The translations under genes were made by a program, and so were the position numbers. A model generated the notes under the pieces. That model saw nothing but the letters and a program-made list of their open reading frames with translations, was not told the origin of the DNA and did no database searches. This document shows positions 9,090 through 16,827 of a stretch of DNA of 64,000 nt, piece after piece. The DNA comes from Candidatus Nomurabacteria bacterium. Lineage in GTDB: Bacteria > Patescibacteriota > Saccharimonadia > JAGOAT01. The DNA is taken from the NCBI GenBank assembly GCA_020639315.1, contig JACKGM010000001.1, forward strand, positions 374,767 to 438,766, given 5' to 3'. Within the stretch, counting starts at the first letter, position 1, and the number at the start of each line of letters is the position of its first letter.

Positions 9090-9668
9090 CGGGATACTGG
9101 ATCCCCCGTAAGTTCTCCGAACTTCGGAGGATGACAATGCTCCTCCTGTCATATTCCAAAATCCTGTAAGGATTTATGGGATATCCAGTATTTGAGTTGA
9201 ATCCCCGGAAATGCAAAATACTGGATCCCCCGTAAGTTCTCCGAACTTCGGAGGATGACAAGAGAAAGGCGGAGTTTCGGAGGATGACAATGCCCTCTGT
9301 GTGTCATCTTCCAAATTTCCGTAGGAAATTATGGGAGATCCACCTCCCGTGTCATCTTCGGATTACCCGGAGGGTAATACCGGAGATCCAGTATTTGAAT
9401 TAGTTGCCCAGTAATACAGAAATACTGGATCCCCCGTAAGTTCTATAACCCTGTTGCCATATAACCTCACGGCTTCAAAACTGCCATTTTTGCCCCAGAC
9501 TAGCAAAACACTTCGCAGCGTAACTCCTGTTATGCTTTGTCGTGTTTTGGTATTCTGGAATAAAAATCATCAGCTTTGACCTCGCAAGTTTATATGGCAA
9601 CAGGGTTTATGAACTTCGGAGGATGACAATGCACAATGCCAGAATACAAGGGAGTTTCGGAGGATGGC
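9090..9668. repeat. REP/BIME-like hairpin-repeat cluster 1 (about 8 units, both orientations)
   Basis: Contains units of the form GTCATC[CT]TC..-hairpin-..GATCCAGTAT and their complements, for example 9148-9186, 9303-9342 and 9351-9391. Confidence 0.9.
9447..9607 (+). mobile_element. MITE-A copy 1 (161 bp, 18-bp terminal inverted repeats)
   Basis: Terminal repeats AACCCTGTTGCCATATAA ... TTATATGGCAACAGGGTT, flanked by TAT (9444-9446) and TAT (9608-9610). It is inserted in the loop of a hairpin-repeat unit (gtaagttc|TAT..TAT|gaacttcgg). Confidence 0.85.
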
Positions 9669-9705
9669 TATATCATCAAATACGAAAGTCGGATAAAATA
9701 AGGGC

Positions 9706-10830
9706 ATGAAGATATTGATAGACGGGAGAATGATCAAAGGGACAGGGATTGGTCGCTATATCGAAGAGTTGGTCAAAGAATTGGTCAGACAAGATAAGGA
9801 CAATAAATATCTATTATTGATCTTATCTAAGGATCGAGAGTCGGTAAATATCCAAGCTGACAATCTAGAAATCATCGAATGTGATATCAGCTGGTATAGT
9901 GTTGGTGAGCAAAGAGAGCTACTAAGAGTTATCAATACCTACAGGCCCGATCTAGTCCATTTTACCAATTTCAATTTTCCTATACGCTATAAGGGGAAGT
10001 TTGTCATGATGATTCACGATTTGACACTTTGGCGGTATCGCAACCAAAAATCAGGCTTCAAGCGCTTGGTTGACCCAGCCAGACTTATCATAATGCGCTT
10101 GATGGTTAAGCGTGGGGTCAAACGAGCTGAGGCAGTATTTTGTCCTAGCGATTTTGTCAAATCAGACCTAATCGATACCCTAGGAGTCGAGCCAGACAAG
10201 ATAGTGGTAACCAAGCTAGCAAGCTTTGGTAGGCAAGATCTCAAGCCTGAAAAACAAATCGATCTCAAGCAGTTTGGGATTAATAAGCCTTATCTACTAT
10301 ATGTTGGCACAGTCTACCGCAACAAGAATATCGAGCGACTAATCGTGGTACTAGCTAGACTAGTAATTGAAGCCAAGCTAGATATTCAGCTGGTACTTGT
10401 CGGTAAAAAGACAATCTATCATCAGAAGCTTGAGCAAGTAGTGCTAGAAGCTGAACTGCATGAGAGGGTAATCTTTACCGACTATGTCGATGATCAGACT
10501 TTGCTTGCTTTATATAAACAAGCAGCTTGCTATGTATTCCCTTCCTTATCAGAAGGTTTCGGTCTACCGATTCTTGAAGCCATGGACCAAGATTTGCCAG
10601 TGGTCTGTTCTTCTACTACTTCAGTCGGTGAAGTAGGGGGCTATGCGGTAGAAAGTTTTGATCCGACAGACTTAGAGGATATGTATCAAAAAATCCTAGC
10701 AGTACTAGAGTCTCCAGATCGTAGGGAAGAGCTGATTTTGCTGGGTCGCAAGCGAGTTAAGCAGTTTTCTTGGCAGGATACTGCCAAGAAAACTTTAGAA
10801 GTCTATCATAGACTTACTCCGAAATCTTGA
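9706..10830 (+). CDS. glycosyltransferase family 4 (GT-B, GT1-type)
   Basis: The C-terminal motif PSLSEGFGLPILEAMD (EX7E region) is typical of GT4 enzymes. TAAAAT at 9694-9699 lies 6 nt before the ATG. Confidence 0.8.
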   Translation: MKILIDGRMIKGTGIGRYIEELVKELVRQDKDNKYLLLILSKDRESVNIQADNLEIIECDISWYSVGEQRELLRVINTYRPDLVHFTNFNFPIRYKGKFVMMIHDLTLWRYRNQKSGFKRLVDPARLIIMRLMVKRGVKRAEAVFCPSDFVKSDLIDTLGVEPDKIVVTKLASFGRQDLKPEKQIDLKQFGINKPYLLYVGTVYRNKNIERLIVVLARLVIEAKLDIQLVLVGKKTIYHQKLEQVVLEAELHERVIFTDYVDDQTLLALYKQAACYVFPSLSEGFGLPILEAMDQDLPVVCSSTTSVGEVGGYAVESFDPTDLEDMYQKILAVLESPDRREELILLGRKRVKQFSWQDTAKKTLEVYHRLTPKS

Positions 10831-10901
10831 TTTTTTTGGGGTATGCTATAATCTAGCTATCAGTTATGATACTAGTATAAACTAACAATTTAGGAGGTAA
10901 A

Positions 10902-11321
10902 ATGGAAGTAGAGATCAACTATTTAGCAGTACTAGTAGCTAGTATAGCTCAGTTTGTGATTGGAGCTATCTGGTATATGCCGATTTTTGGCAATTTGTGG
11001 GGTAAGATCCACGGATTTGAAAAGCTTGAAAAGGCCGTCCAGCAGGAAATGCAAAAGAAGATGATGCCGATGCTAGTGATCCAGTTTGGCTTAAATTTTA
11101 TCTTGGCTACCGTCCTGGCACACTTTATTGGCCAGATTGATCAAGAGTGGTACAAGGTCGCTGTCTGGATTTGGTTTGGATTTGTTATGACCACCCAAGC
11201 TTCATCTGTCATTTTTGGGGGCACCCCAAAGCAGTGGCAGCTCAAGCAGTTTCTAGTAATGACTGGTGCTTCATTGGTCGAGATTTTGGCCGCTGCCTGG
11301 ATCATTAACCTTTTTTCCTAA
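10902..11321 (+). CDS. DUF1761-like small membrane protein
   Basis: N-terminus INYLAVLVASIAQFVIGAIWYMPIFG matches my recollection of the DUF1761 signature. Four hydrophobic spans. AGGAGG Shine-Dalgarno, with TGcTATAAT at 10844-10852. Confidence 0.5.
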   Translation: MEVEINYLAVLVASIAQFVIGAIWYMPIFGNLWGKIHGFEKLEKAVQQEMQKKMMPMLVIQFGLNFILATVLAHFIGQIDQEWYKVAVWIWFGFVMTTQASSVIFGGTPKQWQLKQFLVMTGASLVEILAAAWIINLFS

Positions 11322-11338
11322 AAGTAAGGCTATAATCA

Positions 11339-11848
11339 GTGCTGAATGAGGTAAAAGTCAGGTTGACCTGGCTAGTGATTGGATTATTCGCTAGCTTATT
11401 AACTGCTGGGCTAATCAATAATTTTGATCAAGTCTTAGATCGCAATTTAGTATTAGCATCTTTTATTCCTTTGATCGTCTATATGAGTGATGCCGTGGGG
11501 ACACAGATGGAAGCGATGATTATCCGTGAGCTTAATAATAAGAAGAAATTTAATTTTCGTGGTTTTTTTCAGAGACAGCTGATAGTAGTAACTATAATTG
11601 GGATGATTATAGCCAGTATTGCTACAGGGGTAGTCGGCATCTGGAAGTCCGACTTCAATCTAGCAATAGTAGTCGGGGCATCGCTTTTGTCGGGTATTTT
11701 GACTTCTCTTGTGACTGGAGCAGTCATGCCATACTTTTTTTGGAAGCTTCATCAGGACCCAGCCGAAGCTAGTGGGCCGATTGCTACAGTGATCCAGGAT
11801 TTTCTTAGTGTTTTGGTATTTTTCTTAGTTGCTTCTGTTTTGCTATAA
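11339..11848 (+). CDS. MgtE-like divalent-cation transporter, membrane domain only
   Basis: FIPLIVYMSDAVGTQMEAMIIR and GPIATVIQDFLSVLVFF resemble MgtE transmembrane-domain motifs. No N-terminal or CBS domains are present. The start codon is uncertain. Confidence 0.55.
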   Translation: MLNEVKVRLTWLVIGLFASLLTAGLINNFDQVLDRNLVLASFIPLIVYMSDAVGTQMEAMIIRELNNKKKFNFRGFFQRQLIVVTIIGMIIASIATGVVGIWKSDFNLAIVVGASLLSGILTSLVTGAVMPYFFWKLHQDPAEASGPIATVIQDFLSVLVFFLVASVLL

Positions 11849-11855
11849 TTAGAGT

Positions 11856-13634
11856 ATGACTACATCACAAATTCGCCAATCGTTTCTAGATTACTTTGCT
11901 AGTAAGGGGTGTCATATTATTCCTTCGGCACCTTTGGTGCCAAAGGATGACCCGACAGTATTATTCAACATTGCGGGGATGCAACCAATTGTCCCATACC
12001 TCAAAGGTCGACCTCATCCAGCTGGTACACGTTTGGCCAATTCCCAAAAGTGTGTTAGAACATCAGATCTTGAAGAAGTTGGTGATAGCTCGCATTTGAC
12101 TTTTTTTGAAATGCTGGGGCACTGGAGTCTGGGAGATTACTATAAGAAGGAGGCATTGGAGTGGATTTGGGAGTGGTTGACCGCACCTGAGTATTTGGGT
12201 CTAGAAAGCTCCAAGCTCTACGCTACTGTTTATCAGGGAGACAAACAAATTCCAAGAGATGATCAGAGCATCGGCATTTGGCAAGAAATTTTTAACGATC
12301 AAGGTCTTTCAAGCGAGGTAGGTAAGAGGATCCTGACGCTAGGTCGAGAGGATAATTGGTGGGAGATACCTGGAGCAGAGCAGAGTCCAGCTGGTCCCGA
12401 TAGTGAAATTTTTTATTACTTAGGTGAACAAGCTAATCCGGTTTTTGATCCCGAGGATCCAGACTTTATCGAGATTTGCAATTCAGTCTTTATGGCCTAC
12501 CAAAAGACTCCAGATGGGTATCAAGACTTGGTTAAGAAAAATGTTGACTTTGGTGGAGGGTTAGAAAGAATTGCCATGGTCAAGCAAGGAAAAGACTCGG
12601 TCTACGGAATAGATATATTTGTTGAGATTGATCGGGCGATTCAAGCGATAGCGACCAAAGATGATTTGAGAGCAAGAAGAATTATCTCAGATCATATTAG
12701 GACTGCTACGATGATGGTCGGTGATGGGGTGGTACCCGACAATAATGGGGCAGGTTATGTCTTAAGGCGCTTAGTCAGGAGGGCTCTTAGAGAGGCAGAT
12801 CGGATCGGGATCGATAGCCAGCTAATCGACCAATTGGTTCCAGTGGTAATTCATCTTTATCAGGATGCTTATCAAAATCTTGCCCAAGACAAAGACCAGA
12901 TTATCAAGGTGCTAAGCAAGGAAGAGCGTCTTTTTAGGGCTACATTGAAGAAAGGGATTAGATTGTTTCACAAGGAAGTCCAGCAGAAGTTGACCGGTGA
13001 ACAAGCTTTTAAGCTATTTGATACCTACGGTTTTCCTTTAGAACTTAGCCTGGAAGAGGCCAAAAGATTAGGCCTTAGTATTAGCAAAGATTTGGATCAA
13101 GAATTTGCTCAATCTATGTCCGAGCAGAGGGAACGATCTCGGACTGCCAATAAGGGGGTTTTTAAGGGTGGTCTGATTGATCACTCACCCAAGGTGATTC
13201 GTTATCATACTGCTACTCATATCCTTTATCGAGCACTTCGTAACATCCTTGGTGATCATGTAGTGCAAAGGGGAAGTAATATCACAGCCGAACGGACTCG
13301 GTTTGATTTTTCTCACCAGGGTAAGCTGACAGATCGTCAGATCAGCCAGATTGAGCAGATGGTCAACCAGACGATTGAGGCTGGCTTGCCTGTCAGCTAT
13401 CAAGTAATGCCGACCGAACAGGCGTTTGAGCAAGGGGCACTGGGAGCTTTTGGTGATCGTTATGATGATCAGGTAAAAGTCTATCAGATAGGAGAAGACA
13501 GTAACCCGTATTCTTTAGAGATATGCGGAGGCCCTCATGTCGAGAATACTATTGAGGTCGGTAAGTTTAAGATTGTTAAGGAACAAGCATCTTCTGCTGG
13601 GGTTAGGCGGATCAAGGCAGTGATTGAGGATTAA
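11856..13634 (+). CDS. alaS: alanine--tRNA ligase (short form, 592 aa)
   Basis: N-terminus IRQSFLDYFASKGCHIIPSAPLVPKDDPTVLFNIAGMQ, and the editing-domain motifs HTATHIL and CGGPHV. The protein ends right after the editing domain. Confidence 0.9.
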   Translation: MTTSQIRQSFLDYFASKGCHIIPSAPLVPKDDPTVLFNIAGMQPIVPYLKGRPHPAGTRLANSQKCVRTSDLEEVGDSSHLTFFEMLGHWSLGDYYKKEALEWIWEWLTAPEYLGLESSKLYATVYQGDKQIPRDDQSIGIWQEIFNDQGLSSEVGKRILTLGREDNWWEIPGAEQSPAGPDSEIFYYLGEQANPVFDPEDPDFIEICNSVFMAYQKTPDGYQDLVKKNVDFGGGLERIAMVKQGKDSVYGIDIFVEIDRAIQAIATKDDLRARRIISDHIRTATMMVGDGVVPDNNGAGYVLRRLVRRALREADRIGIDSQLIDQLVPVVIHLYQDAYQNLAQDKDQIIKVLSKEERLFRATLKKGIRLFHKEVQQKLTGEQAFKLFDTYGFPLELSLEEAKRLGLSISKDLDQEFAQSMSEQRERSRTANKGVFKGGLIDHSPKVIRYHTATHILYRALRNILGDHVVQRGSNITAERTRFDFSHQGKLTDRQISQIEQMVNQTIEAGLPVSYQVMPTEQAFEQGALGAFGDRYDDQVKVYQIGEDSNPYSLEICGGPHVENTIEVGKFKIVKEQASSAGVRRIKAVIED

Positions 13635-13636
13635 AC

Positions 13637-14845
13637 TCAAACTAGTGAAAGTACCCTGGATACTGCATTAAATACTTGATTAACATTGATGGTACTCATG
13701 CAGTATCCAGTAAAATCTTGTGTACATTTGTTATAACATGGTCCACATGCCAAGTTTGGAGTTATCTGTGTATCTCCAGGTTGTATTTCCATCTCTTGTG
13801 GTGGCAACGGATTGTCAAAGGTTACAACGGGTATACTCTGAGATTTTGCAGCATGGAATGCGAAAGAGTTTGATGTTACCATAATATCAAGATTACTGAC
13901 CAAACCAAGGAAGTCTCCAATCTCTAGATTACTAGGCAGTAGTGCTAAATTTGGTCTTTTGAAGTTTCCTAGAAATGCCCTAACTTCATTTAGGATTTTA
14001 TAGTCATCTGGCCCATATAGTACGATAATGCCTAGATTAGGATATTCTTGAGATAGTTTTATTGCAAGTTCTGCATAATATTGCGCAGGCCAGCGCCTAA
14101 CTCGTCCGTTTTCACTTGTCCCGATATTTAAACCTACAATATTAGATGGTTCACTATTAGACAGTAGCTCGGATAGAAGTTGTCTTGAATAAAGCATTTT
14201 TTCTTCTGGCACAATGACGCTGTATTGACTTGGCATGTGGCCAAGTCCAACACAGGTTAGTAGCACTTGTTGAAAAGTTAGTCTGTTCTCAGATCTAAAT
14301 TCGTTATCTACTTGAAGTCGTTGTAGGTATTTGAAATTAAGGTTATTGGTGAAGAAATTACCTTGTCTATTGATATTGAATCCATATACCCTGATTGCCT
14401 TTAATATTACTTGCTTAGCTAGCTCTGACATTTCAAAATTAATTATTAAGTCTTGTTTCTTGGCATACAACTCTACTTTAGAGTTAGAAGGTTTGATATT
14501 GATAGGATCAACTTCAGGTACATAGCCCAATAACTCAACTCCGCGCTGATGTGTAAACCAGTTTATTTGTGCATGAGGGTTAATAGATTTGATAGCTTTA
14601 GTGACAGCAGTGGTTCTAAGTATACTTCCTAGCCCACCCATTTCAACTATGCCTATTTTGCCAGCAGTAACTATTAAATCCCTATCGGAACATTCTGTCG
14701 TTGCCGGTTTGTTACATTCAGGGGCTGGTTCATATTGGTCACAGCCTAAGCAGTTTGGTCTATTGACTTGTCTTTGAATTTCACAAGGTTTAGATCCTTC
14801 CCAACGTTTACAATCAGCCTGAAATATTTCTGATGATAAGTTCAT
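13637..14845 (-). CDS. glycosyltransferase family 9 (heptosyltransferase-like) with Cys-rich N- and C-terminal segments
   Basis: IGIVEMGGLGSILRTTAVTKAIKSINPHAQINWFT resembles the GT9 N-terminal motif. The C-terminal CGPCYNKC...GYCM cluster is seen in many GT9 members. Confidence 0.6.
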   Translation of the reverse strand: MNLSSEIFQADCKRWEGSKPCEIQRQVNRPNCLGCDQYEPAPECNKPATTECSDRDLIVTAGKIGIVEMGGLGSILRTTAVTKAIKSINPHAQINWFTHQRGVELLGYVPEVDPINIKPSNSKVELYAKKQDLIINFEMSELAKQVILKAIRVYGFNINRQGNFFTNNLNFKYLQRLQVDNEFRSENRLTFQQVLLTCVGLGHMPSQYSVIVPEEKMLYSRQLLSELLSNSEPSNIVGLNIGTSENGRVRRWPAQYYAELAIKLSQEYPNLGIIVLYGPDDYKILNEVRAFLGNFKRPNLALLPSNLEIGDFLGLVSNLDIMVTSNSFAFHAAKSQSIPVVTFDNPLPPQEMEIQPGDTQITPNLACGPCYNKCTQDFTGYCMSTINVNQVFNAVSRVLSLV

Positions 14846-15428
14846 TACCGTATTTAGAGATAATATATTTGACTGGATAGATTAAGTTTCTTTGGGCTGC
14901 CTGATCTAGAGTCAACCATACTGGGTTGCTTCCCTCGTCCCTTACTTGTATATCTAAAGTGGTTTTAAGTTCTAACAAAAAGGCATGCCAACGGTGTATA
15001 TCAGCACCTCTGCGACAAGAGTCCCCGACAATGTTCTCGGTCGTAATACTAGTTAAGTTTTTTGGTTTTATCCCAACTTCTTCCTCTGTTTCTCTCTTGG
15101 CAGAATCTAGAGGATTTTCATTGGTGTCAAGGTGACCAGATGGTACAGTAAGGGCAAACGGAAATATATTTCTTTCAAAGAATAAAAATTTATCATCTGG
15201 GTTACGGATAAAAACACCTGCACTTTCATGCCAGTATTCCAGATCATTATCTATCCACCATTTGATGCCAGGGTCAATCACGATAGACCTTTCATATTGT
15301 TTTTTGCAGTAGCTACAAAAATAGTAAGTTTTATCTTCTTTGTAAATACGCTCAACTTCTTCTGCGTTGCAGCCTATACAATATTGGTGGTAGGTTCCGT
15401 CGTCTTTCCATTTAAAATTAAGTTTCAT
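14814..15428 (-). CDS. NUDIX hydrolase with N-terminal C4 zinc ribbon (NudC-like architecture)
   Basis: Nudix box GHLDTNENPLDSAKRETEEEVGI, and CIGC...CSYC upstream of it. TGcTATAAT lies 6 nt before the ATG (15426-15443 on the + strand). Confidence 0.8.
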   Translation of the reverse strand: MKLNFKWKDDGTYHQYCIGCNAEEVERIYKEDKTYYFCSYCKKQYERSIVIDPGIKWWIDNDLEYWHESAGVFIRNPDDKFLFFERNIFPFALTVPSGHLDTNENPLDSAKRETEEEVGIKPKNLTSITTENIVGDSCRRGADIHRWHAFLLELKTTLDIQVRDEGSNPVWLTLDQAAQRNLIYPVKYIISKYGNELIIRNISG

Positions 15429-15510
15429 ATTGCAATTATAGCACTACACTCGTTCTTTTGCGCCCGCCCCGGGTAATACAAAATAGCAAATTTCATGATA
15501 AGATATTCTT

Positions 15511-16827
15511 ATGCTTAAAGTTGGCAATTTGATAAACCTAGAGCAGGTAAAAAATAGCCTTAGTACTAACCTTCAAAGTTTTAGGGGCATGATCTCTAGC
15601 AAGAATCCAGATATCTTTTTGGGTCTAGATATCGGGACCGAGCAGGTCAAGGCAGTGCTTGCCAAGTATATTCCAGATAACGGCAAGCTAGAAGTAATAG
15701 CTACTGGTCAGGCCAAGCAGGGTCTTAGTGATATGCAGTCTGGGACGATCACTGATATCTCAGGAGTAATTACAAATTGTGATCAAGCTATTAGGGAAGC
15801 AGAATCGAAGTCAGATCAGATAGCTAAGCGAGTAGTGATCGGAATTGCAGGGGAACTAGTTCAAGGCAATAGCTTTGAGTTGCGTTACCAGCGTAAAGAT
15901 CCAGAGATAGAGATAGGCAAGCTTGAGACTCAAGATGTCCTGTCAAAACTGCAAGCAAAAGGCTTAGATAAGGCTAGAGAAGACATTAGTTGGGAAACTG
16001 GCCAAAAAAACCTCGATATTCGTTTGCTCAATTCTGCAATTACCCAGATTATTATAGATGGATATCAAATCACGAACCCAATCGGGTTCAAAGGTGAACA
16101 TGTGACTTTGAGAGCTTTTAATGCCTTTGCCCCGATGATTCATATTGCAGCAGTCGAGACCATTGCCAAGAACTTAGATCTAAGCCTAGTGGCAATTGCG
16201 GCTGAACCATTTGCGATAGCTAAGAGTGTCCAGGAGCTTGGTAAGGAAGCTACTAGTGCTGTTTTTATTGATATTGGAGGTGGCACTACTGATATCGCGA
16301 TAGTCAGTGAAGGTGGAGTAGCTGGTACCAAGATGTTTGCATTGGGGGGTCGAAGTTTTACTAGGGCTCTAGCTAATATTTTTTCACTAAGTTTTGATCG
16401 GGCAGAAGAGCTAAAGCTTGCCTATAGTGAGGGAAGGCTTAGTCCTGATAAGACAAAAAAGGTCAAGAAGGCTCTCTCTAGCGTGGTAGAGCTCTGGCTT
16501 GAGGGGGTTAAGCTTTCCTTGGAAGAGTTTGAAAATCTTGATCAGTTGCCCAATCGAATCTTGCTCTGTGGAGGGGGATCAAAATTGGCTGATTTGACTA
16601 CAGTACTTGATGATAAGGCCTGGCATAAAGAAGTAGGCTTTAGCAGGAGCCCAGTCATCAAGCATATTAAAAAAGCTCAGATACCTAGGGTCAACGATCC
16701 ACTAGATCTTGCCAAGGGACCAGAATATATTACACCACTTGCATTACTAAGCCTTTCACTAGATACTGTTACTAGTGACCCTAACTCAAATATTCTTAGT
16801 AGGTTCAATCAGGTAATCAAAAAATAA
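15511..16827 (+). CDS. ftsA: FtsA-like actin-family ATPase (cell division protein FtsA or PilM relative)
   Basis: Phosphate-1 motif LGLDIGTEQVKAV and phosphate-2 motif FIDIGGGTTDIAIV. Size is 438 aa, with an amphipathic C-terminal tail. Confidence 0.6.
   Translation: MLKVGNLINLEQVKNSLSTNLQSFRGMISSKNPDIFLGLDIGTEQVKAVLAKYIPDNGKLEVIATGQAKQGLSDMQSGTITDISGVITNCDQAIREAESKSDQIAKRVVIGIAGELVQGNSFELRYQRKDPEIEIGKLETQDVLSKLQAKGLDKAREDISWETGQKNLDIRLLNSAITQIIIDGYQITNPIGFKGEHVTLRAFNAFAPMIHIAAVETIAKNLDLSLVAIAAEPFAIAKSVQELGKEATSAVFIDIGGGTTDIAIVSEGGVAGTKMFALGGRSFTRALANIFSLSFDRAEELKLAYSEGRLSPDKTKKVKKALSSVVELWLEGVKLSLEEFENLDQLPNRILLCGGGSKLADLTTVLDDKAWHKEVGFSRSPVIKHIKKAQIPRVNDPLDLAKGPEYITPLALLSLSLDTVTSDPNSNILSRFNQVIKK

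Noticed and set aside
9055-9261. Track ORFs that lie inside repeat clusters: 9055-9261, 18508-18747, 18522-18722, 18744-18926, 18862-19095, 35812-36003, 35850-36059, 35910-36113, 36056-36244, 44202-44441, 44492-44689, 50266-50700, 50312-50500, 50318-50503, 58963-59154, 58982-59188, 59224-59430 and 62747-63031.
   Set aside because: Their translations are the same repeat-derived peptides in different frames (SSSETRRVYGGSSI, VILRNPALSCHPPKP). They have no Shine-Dalgarno or promoter context, and they coincide exactly with the hairpin units and MITEs.
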